Shown one piece after another: positions 56,190 through 64,000 of a stretch of 64,000 nucleotides of DNA (its first letter is position 1; every line of letters starts with the position of its first letter). The position numbers and the translations under genes were made by a program. The notes beneath the pieces were generated by a model, which ran no database searches, was not told where the DNA came from, and worked only from the letters and a program-made list of their open reading frames with translations. The stretch comes from the human T2T-CHM13v2.0 reference genome, Homo sapiens, in the NCBI RefSeq assembly GCF_009914755.1, contig NC_060938.1, one strand, 5' to 3'.

Positions 56190-58484
56190 CACAAAGTAAA
56201 CATCTATGGAATAAACACAAAAGAAAATTAGAAAGGAATCAAAGTGTTACTACAAAAAATCAACTACAAACCAAAAAAAAGGTGGTAATGAAAGAAATGA
56301 GGGAAAAAGAATTTATAAGACATACCAAAACAAATAACAAAATGTTTTTAGCATGTTAATCACAAAAGTAAGTGTTTTTCTATCAGTAATTAATTTAAAC
56401 GTAAATGAACTAAACTCCCCAATTGAAAGACATAGATTGGCAATCTGTAAGAGATGCACTTTAGATCTAAAGCCATGGATAGGTTGAAAGTGAGAGAATG
56501 GAAAGAGGTTTTCTGTGTAAACAGTAACCCAAGAAAGCAGTCATGGCTATACTAATAACAGACAAATAGACATTAAATCAAAACTGTTATAAGACACAGA
56601 GAATGACATTGTATACATGCTGTCAATAGACCTTTATCCATAGAGGATGAGAAGTATATTAAATATAGGTGCACAGACCATTTGGAGACCTCTGATTGAG
56701 AGTACACACTTGTTGTATGCCACTAAGATAATGTGATAATGATGATCAACAACCACAAATAATATACCTACCTAGATACATAGAAATGCCCAAGACAAAG
56801 ATAAAATGTGTAAAGGAGTCAACTCCGTGAAAAGAGAAGACTGACTTCACAAAGCGGCAGTTAGACTGACAGCTTCGTAATGTTACATGTGAAAACTGCC
56901 AGTCTGAAACTTTATATCCAATGAAAATGTTCTTTAAAGATAAAGGCAAAATATATACATTTCAGGCAAATAATGGGAAAACTTATTACTGAAATATCCA
57001 CATTAAAAAAATGCAGAGGATTTTTTTCAGAAAGGAAAAATAGTGATACCATTCAGCAGCTTCAAGATGTAGAAACTACTGTAAGGCAATTAAATAATAA
57101 ATATTGTTAAGTATAAATATTTATTGACTGAATAATAATAAGGCATTGAGGGTTTTATGTATATAAAAATTAATAAACTTGACTATAATGTGAGGTCAGG
57201 AGGGAGAAGATATATTTAACTAAATTTTAAAATGTATTTATATTATTCAATAATAATAGTGTCATAAAAGGTTTACTTTGTAAGTTCAGCCTCCATGTTA
57301 GAATCACCAGGATAGCATCTAAAAAAATAGTGAAAGAATATATAACTCTCATATTAATCATGGATAAAAACTGCAATAATAAAAAATAATTTTAAAAATG
57401 CAGAAGGAGGGTAAAAAAGTAACCCATGTAGGACAAGAAGACAGTAGCTAGTAATCCTGTAGATTTGATACTCAAAATAGTAGTAATTAAAAATAAATGC
57501 AATAAGATCTTCAAATGAATGACACAAATATTCAAACAGGAAAGGAAACAAAACCCAGCTGTGTGCTCTTTAGCAGATACAAGTAAAAAGATAGTTAAAA
57601 TATATGCCATACAAAAGTTAACCAAAAGAAAGTTGTAGAGATAACGAGATCAGAAGCATTTTTAAGGCAAAAATTATTACTACAAATTCAAATATATAAA
57701 AAATGTTTAATGTATTAATAGAGTAAAACAAAACTAAATTTTGTGTAACTAGTAATATAATCTGAGTATGCATACACCAAAAATTTATGATATGCAAAAA
57801 GAAAAACTAATAAATTCTCTATCAGAGTTGAATATTTTAGCATAGATTATGCAGTAAGGTCTAAGAAGCATATAAAAATCAGAAATTAAGATATAGCAGC
57901 ACTAAATGACTTGAATATCAAACTTGACCTCATTATATTTATGATTATATTTAATAGATGGAGAATATCTATTCTTTTCAGTCATACATTATACTTTCAA
58001 ATAAAATGACTGGTATTTTACTTAATATTTAATAGAAAAATCAGTTGAAAAGTTGTTTCTAAGCTGGTCATGGTGGTTCACCTTCAGTCTCAACTACTCG
58101 GGAGGCTGAGGTGGAAGGATCCCTTGTGCCTGGGAGTTCAAGCAGAGACTGGGCAACAAAGCGAGACCCTGCCTGTGAAAAAGAAAATATAAGTTGTTTC
58201 TTCAAAAATACATAAGATTACCTGAGCAAGGAAAATTGATAAAAGATAAAGGAAAGAAAACACATAATGGAACAAAAGAGTAATTCTTAGAAATTGAATT
58301 GATTATAAATGGGTATTATGAAAAAATGTATATCAGTAAATTTGAACATTGAGATGAAAGGGACATATTTCTATATAAACACTGTCAAAAACAAACAAAC
58401 AAAGAAACCAGAAAATCTGAATGGTCCAAAGAAAATAGGAAATATTACATAAATTGAATGCATTATTAAAAACTTTCCCACAAG
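56190..58484 (+). mobile_element. Old L1M fragments (ORF1/ORF2 5' regions)
   Basis: gtaaatgaactaaactccccaattgaaagacatagattggca, tcatggctatactaataacagacaaatagac. Confidence 0.65.
58062..58190 (+). mobile_element. FLAM (free left Alu monomer)
   Basis: Single ~115-bp Alu monomer with A-rich tail and 11-bp TSD aagttgtttct (58050-58060, 58191-58201). Confidence 0.85.
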
Positions 58485-58836
58485 TGATAGACGGAGAAGG
58501 CTGATAAGGGAACCTACATGGGGTCTTGGCTGGGCATGCCTGCAGTGGACTGGGGGCCTGCACGTGCACGGGGCAGAATGGGGTGGAGCCACCGGGAATT
58601 AGTGCCATATGCATGGGGAGGAGCCAGGCCTCTTCAGCTCTTTTGTGGTGGCCTGGTAGTCAATCTGTAAGATGGGAGCCTGTAGGCAGGACTCCCTCTT
58701 TCTTTGCTGAGAGCGTTCTTTTTGCCTAACGAATCTGCTCTCCTCATCCTTCAGTGTGTCCATGTGCCTAATTTTTCCTGGTCATAAGACAAGAACCCGG
58801 ATTTTAGCTGAACTAAGGAACAAAAATTCTGCATCT
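58485..58836 (+). mobile_element. MER61-like ERV1 5' LTR
   Basis: tgatag...gggcatgcc...ggggtggagccacc...ggggaggagcc...ttttagctgaactaagg; followed directly by a PBS. Confidence 0.75.
58522..58541 (+). promoter_or_regulatory. Candidate p53 response element
   Basis: ggtCTTGgct-gggCATGcct: two abutting RRRCWWGYYY half-sites, the second perfect, the first with 2 mismatches. Confidence 0.5.
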
Positions 58837-58839
58837 TTT

Positions 58840-58857
58840 TGGTGGCCCATATGGGGA
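58840..58857 (+). other. Retroviral primer-binding site, tRNA-Ile-like
   Basis: tggtggcccatatgggga differs from TGGTGGCCCGTACGGGGA (complement of the tRNA-Ile(AAT) 3' end) by two CpG transitions. Confidence 0.75.
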
Positions 58858-59327
58858 CGAGAAGTGGAGTGAGTAAAATGTGGAACAAAAAATTTATTTC
58901 CCTTTTGTTTCTGAGTCTTCTTGTCCTCAGTCTTCTTCTGAGGGTAGAGAAAACAGTGGCCCACCTTCCCGTTTGCTGTTGGGAGTTGGGAGTGTTGGCC
59001 TCGATCAACTCCAGCCTTTTCTATGGCATTTTCCTTCTTTTTTCAGGACTGTGATGGCACCTATCTTTTGTTTTACAATATTAGAGGTGTTCTACCCCTC
59101 AGTGTTCTGGCCCTCAGTGGCCACCCCAATGGCTGCAGGCATGTGCATGGGATGGATGGGTGAGCAGCAGCTTCCTGCACCCTTCCCTCCTGGCCGCGGA
59201 GCATGACTCTGTCCACTGCATATGTTAGTGGTGTCCAATGGCCATGCAGGGTGGGACTGAGCCACAGCCACTGCTCAGGCCCAAAGCAGCCTCAAGAGCC
59301 CAGGACCCACACTGCCAGCTGGCCAGC

Positions 59328-59673
59328 TAATATGGTTTGGCTCTGTGTCCCCATGCAAAACTCAGCTTGGATTGTAATAATCCCCACATGTTATAGGAGG
59401 GACCCACTTGGAGGTAACTGAATCATGGGGGAGAGTTTTGCCTGTGCTGTTCTTGTGATAGTGCATAAGTCTCACAAGATCTGATGGTTTTATAAAGGGG
59501 AGTTCCCCTGCACATGTCTTCTTGCCTGCTGCCATGTAAGATATGCCTTTACTCTTCCTTCACCTTCAGCCTCCCCAGCCGTGTGGAACTCTGGGTCCAT
59601 TAAACCTCTTTCCTTTATAAATTACCCAGTCTCAGGTATGTCTTTATTTGCAGCATGAGAACAGACTAATACA
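59328..59673 (+). mobile_element. THE1C-like solo LTR nested in the ERV1 internal region
   Basis: taatatggtttggctctgtgtcccc...acagactaataca with perfect TSD ccagc (59323-59327, 59674-59678). Confidence 0.9.
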
Positions 59674-62600
59674 CCAGCATTTCCTGCCATGTACCCACAG
59701 AGTCTTCCCTTCCTCCATCTGAGGGGTCCAGCTTGGTCTTGGTCTGAGCCTAGGGAAGAAACAGCAATTTAAAGTTTCTCTCCTTGTTGGAGAAACGCAT
59801 TTGCATAAGAGTAAGAGGTTTCTTCCCCAGGCATATTTTTCTTTTTCTTCACCCTGTCAGCAGTTAACACAGCTCTGTATTTAAGCTGTTTTTGTTTGTT
59901 TGTTTGTTTAAATTCCTTTTCTCCACCCTGTCAGCAGTTAACATAGCCCTGCATTGAAGTTTTTTTTCTTTTCACCAGGTCAGGAGTTAACTTTTAAGTG
60001 AGAGGCTTTTTTTTTTTTCCCCTCTCTTATAAGACGTTTTACTAGGCTAGGAGCCCAATTCACAAGACAAACTCTTCCCCGCCTTGTTGAAGGAGGACTC
60101 AATTCCACAGCTTTACTTTACCATTCAGCTTATGATAAGGAGTCTGTGCTATCCTTTGAGACACATTTTTATCCCAAACTAAATTTCAAGTCTCAGAATT
60201 CAAAGGTTACTGATAGCAGAGGAGATAGGGTATATGTGGGTAAGAATGGATAATGCCACCCCCTAGACCCCCTGTAAACATGGTTGAAAACCGCTTTGAC
60301 AGAGTGGTGGCACTCTGTCATGGTCACCAGGACTCAAGGATATAAGGACTGGAGAAAGAAAGAGGGATGCCTCACTTTCTATCCTTCATGTACCCTGGGT
60401 ATTTGCTAGGAAGAGGAGGGAACCATGGACATTTGCTCCCCTCTTTCTAGATGAGTAGCCATTCATCTTCAGCCTGCATGTCTTTCCAATGCATCCTGAG
60501 TCCTTTGAAGAAATGCCTTTTCTTTTTTCTTCCTCTGTCCTCTTTTCACAGATGCATGGTTATGTCCCCATGCTGCAGGACACTTCCCTCAGACATATCC
60601 TCCAAACAGGGAATAGTTAATTTCCCAAGCCTTAAAATGGTTGGCTTGGGATTGAGAACAGGGGGAGGGAATGAAGTCTGACATTCTGTCAAAAGGTAAG
60701 TTTTTTTCTTACCAGTCAGGCTTTTGGCCTCCCTTCCCCTATTCAAACCGGTCTAGGGAATGATGAGGATCACCATTTATATTCTCCATAAAGTTATAAT
60801 TATGAAAAAGAATTTGTGAGGTTAGTTTTCAGCTGTAGCCAATCTGGGGTGCTTTGCATGTCTTTCTGTGTGGACTGGTCAAAAGTGGGGAACCTTAAGA
60901 TGGGATGGGGGATTGGAATGCATAGGCCCACTGCCCAAGCCAGCTTGGCAAACTGGTCGTTGGTAAACTTAGCTGCAAATCTCCATCTTGTTTTATGTCC
61001 TTGGAAGTGTAACCTGTAACTACATGGCAGTGCTTTATTTTAGCCTCCACCATTTTACAATGGCAGCCTGGGTTCAATCCTTACTTAGAGAATGAGTCCT
61101 TTCTGGTCTGAGATCTGTATGCCCTTTACCATTTGTTGATTATCTTCCCCTCCACTAACCACCTTGAATTTTCCTTTTGCTGAGCACCTGGGAGGTTACC
61201 TTTGGTAAAGTTCAAAAGCCAGGCATATTGGCCACTTAGCATGGCTAAAGTAGGGTAATAAGGGATTTAAGAAGATTTTCTTAAAGAGCACTCAGCTTAA
61301 TTAAAAGTGGATATCCAAGTTATAAGTCTATTTAAAAGGCCTTTTTGTTTTTCTCTTCTTAGATCTTGTTTTGCTGGAAAAAAAAAATTTTTTTTTTCTC
61401 AGTAGACTAAATTATTTTTCTCCATTTGGCCTTGCAACTCTTCATGCATGCATGAGAGGCCCTAAGATAATTTCTGATGGCCTGGGACTCCCTTGGAAGA
61501 AAGAACAGGAGCCATGAATTACATTTTGGGAGAAACTTCTGTTTTCCTCATGGAACCCCAGGAATTAAGAGCAGATAGGTACCTCTCAAAATCTGTTTTT
61601 GTCTTCCAGCTATACCTGTTTATTAGGCCCTAGAAACTGCATGCTTTGCTAGCCCTGCTCTTACTGGGTCCCACTCAGAGGCCAGTAGTCCAATTAGGAG
61701 ATTGGAAACCAGAAAATCTTATAACTACTGTATCTGCTTCTGTTTGTATGTGTGGTTATATATGTGCTGTGTGTGGTGTCTATAATAAAAGAGAGCTCTA
61801 ATAATTGGCCTAAAGGAAAATAAGCATATAGATCAAATATTTTTTGAAGGAAAAATAAAAGCTGTAATTCCTTTTGGCCTGTATGACTCTAATCTTTGAG
61901 AAATAAGAACAGTTTTAAAGATTACTAGTAAAATGCGAATGTCAATAAAACGTAAATAGGTGGTCTAAATTATGCAGGTCAGATACTAGGTTTGCTCAAT
62001 GTTTTAAGGTTGTGAACTGTTTGTTTTGCCTTTGAGAAGTGTTCAATTTGCCTACTTTACAACTTGGTCAGGCCTAGGAATATAGGCTTTAATCTTAGTA
62101 AATAATTATTAATTATATAATCTTAGTAGAAGATTATAAGAAGCCACAGAAATGTAAATTTTTGCCTAGGGTTAGAGGATTGCTTGAAATACACAAAATA
62201 AAGCTAAAGGTTTAAGCAAATTGTGGAAGGATTGCAAAAATTAATCTTGCAAAGAAATTCTGTGTGCAAACATTGACTAAATTCGAAAGGAAAATATATG
62301 CTTTTTCTATAAATTGAGCATTGAAATAAAAGCTCTTTAGCAAAATTTGTAAAGGGTTATAAAAGATTTTAAGAATCTTACCCATGGTCAAACTAGTTAA
62401 GATTAGATAGAGTTGCCTATAAGTTTTCATTAGAAAATTAGGGTTGACATTAATAGTAAACTAATGTGTGGGTAAAATTTGGCTTTCTCTCCCTTGTACA
62501 AGATTTTCATCTAATAGTGAAGGATAATGAAAGATTTCCATTTGCCTCACAGATAGGCTGCCAAGGAAAAAAAAAAGAAGGCAGGAGATAAATTGTTTGG

Positions 62601-64000
62601 AAAGCTAATGGGTAAGGGTTTTTGTCTTGTTTCAAAATTTCTGAGTCATCATTTTGGTAAGGTTTTTATCTTGTTTTAAAATTTCTGAGTCATAATTTTG
62701 GCAAAATAAATAATTTATGGTAATCTGGAATTCTATTTCATAACATCAAGTGTTTTAAACCTCTAACATTTAATGAGCTTCCCGAAATCAAATTTCAGCC
62801 TCAAGGTTGTCTTTCCTAACCCCTAGGTTTTGGATGCTATGTAGGGCCCCTATAGCATCCAGAAGAGAGTTAAACAGGATTATTCAACATGTTTAGTTAC
62901 ATGGAATTGCCAAAACGATGTTTAATCCTCTTCAGGTTATATTTTAGTAAATAATATTAATATATGTTCCAAAACTCTATGGGATTTCTAAAATTGTAGA
63001 GTCTGAGTATGTGCTATCAATCACAATTAAGGTTATTATTTTAAGTATTGTAAACCACAGAGATCACCAAATTTATTTGTCAGTCATGTTTTTGACAGTA
63101 ACTACCCTGAACATTTTGTTATTCACAGACAATTATCATCTTGCTTTGATTCTCTTCAAAGGGTGGTTTGTAATAAGCTGGAAAATTTGACAGGTGCTCT
63201 CAAATGCAGGTTTCTGATAACTTTGGAGATTGTGGTGTTGGAATAAAGGAAAAATATACAGGATTCATGAAGAGCTGAAATGTTCACAGATACTGAGCAA
63301 AGCAAGAGTTAACTGAATGGATGGAACTAATAGAAAATGGAGGTAATCTTTTTTTGACTTGTGCTCATCCTTGTTTTTCTTTTCAGAGTCAAGGAGACTT
63401 ATTTTGATCTATTTAGGGTCTTTAATAATTGAGTAAGTTATATTCCTGTGAACAAAATTTGAAGCATATTTGTTTCTCCTTCTGCCTGGCTTCTCCAGAA
63501 TTTGGAAACTATTTGTGAGTATTCTTGACTTGTGGCAATATAGTTGTTTGCATCAGTGCAATAAGAATTCATTTTCTTTTCAACAGGCCACAGTTGGAGA
63601 AACTGGTTGTTTTACCAAGGCTTTGACTGGAAGGGTATGCTTTACTTTAAGGAATCAAGCTCAACTTGCAGAGCCGATAAAAGCCCCTTGGGAAAACTGG
63701 CTTCATATCTTGTCCACATGGTCCCCCTACAGGCCTCCTAACCAGTGGTAAGTAAAGAATGTTACTTTCTACCAGGCCCAGGAACCCAATATTCTTAGGA
63801 CCTCTTGAAAAGAGGAGTTTACCCAACTCTCATGTATTTGAGGGTACAAAACCATGGCTAGGCTCAGCTTTAGAAAGTCTGATCTGAGATTCATTGTGGA
63901 AAAGAATTCCATCAAAGCCAATATAAGAAGCCTATGTAAGAATAATTATTCTTCCTGCACTTTATGCAAATAATTAGGCGAAGTATAAGACTAAAGTCTA

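Larger units (their letters stand above)
58837..64000 (+). mobile_element. Non-coding ERV1 internal region (MER61-int/MER4-group), runs off the window end
   Basis: Follows LTR and PBS; repeated accctgtcagcagttaaca units, long AT-rich non-coding body, no long ORF. Confidence 0.7.

Overview
Repeat-dominated, AT-rich primate genomic DNA, most likely human: it contains an AluYb8 with the diagnostic 7-bp GCAGTCC duplication and a young L1PA2/pre-Ta-like LINE-1. I see no host protein-coding exon, RNA gene or CpG island, so it looks like a gene desert or deep intron. Most long ORFs are transposon remnants or chance ORFs. Main contents: a near-complete MaLR (MST/THE1-type) element with a nested Alu and an LTR47-like solo LTR; a young 5'-inverted L1 carrying a probable 48-nt 3' transduction; a decayed ERV1 provirus fragment (gag zinc knuckle, protease, RT); a HERV-L fragment invaded by a full-length Tigger1 and a MER57-like LTR; many old L1M/L2/MLT/MER5 pieces; several Alus; and a MER61-like LTR plus internal region running off the 3' end. 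Structures that repeat annotation would not explain: a 251-bp inverted local copy inside a TA microsatellite, a ~97-bp diverged direct repeat in unique DNA, the L1 transduction, an essentially tailless AluYb8 and a probable ~2-kb inversion. Subfamily names come from recalled consensus sequences, and boundaries of old elements are approximate. I found no evidence of a novel coding system.
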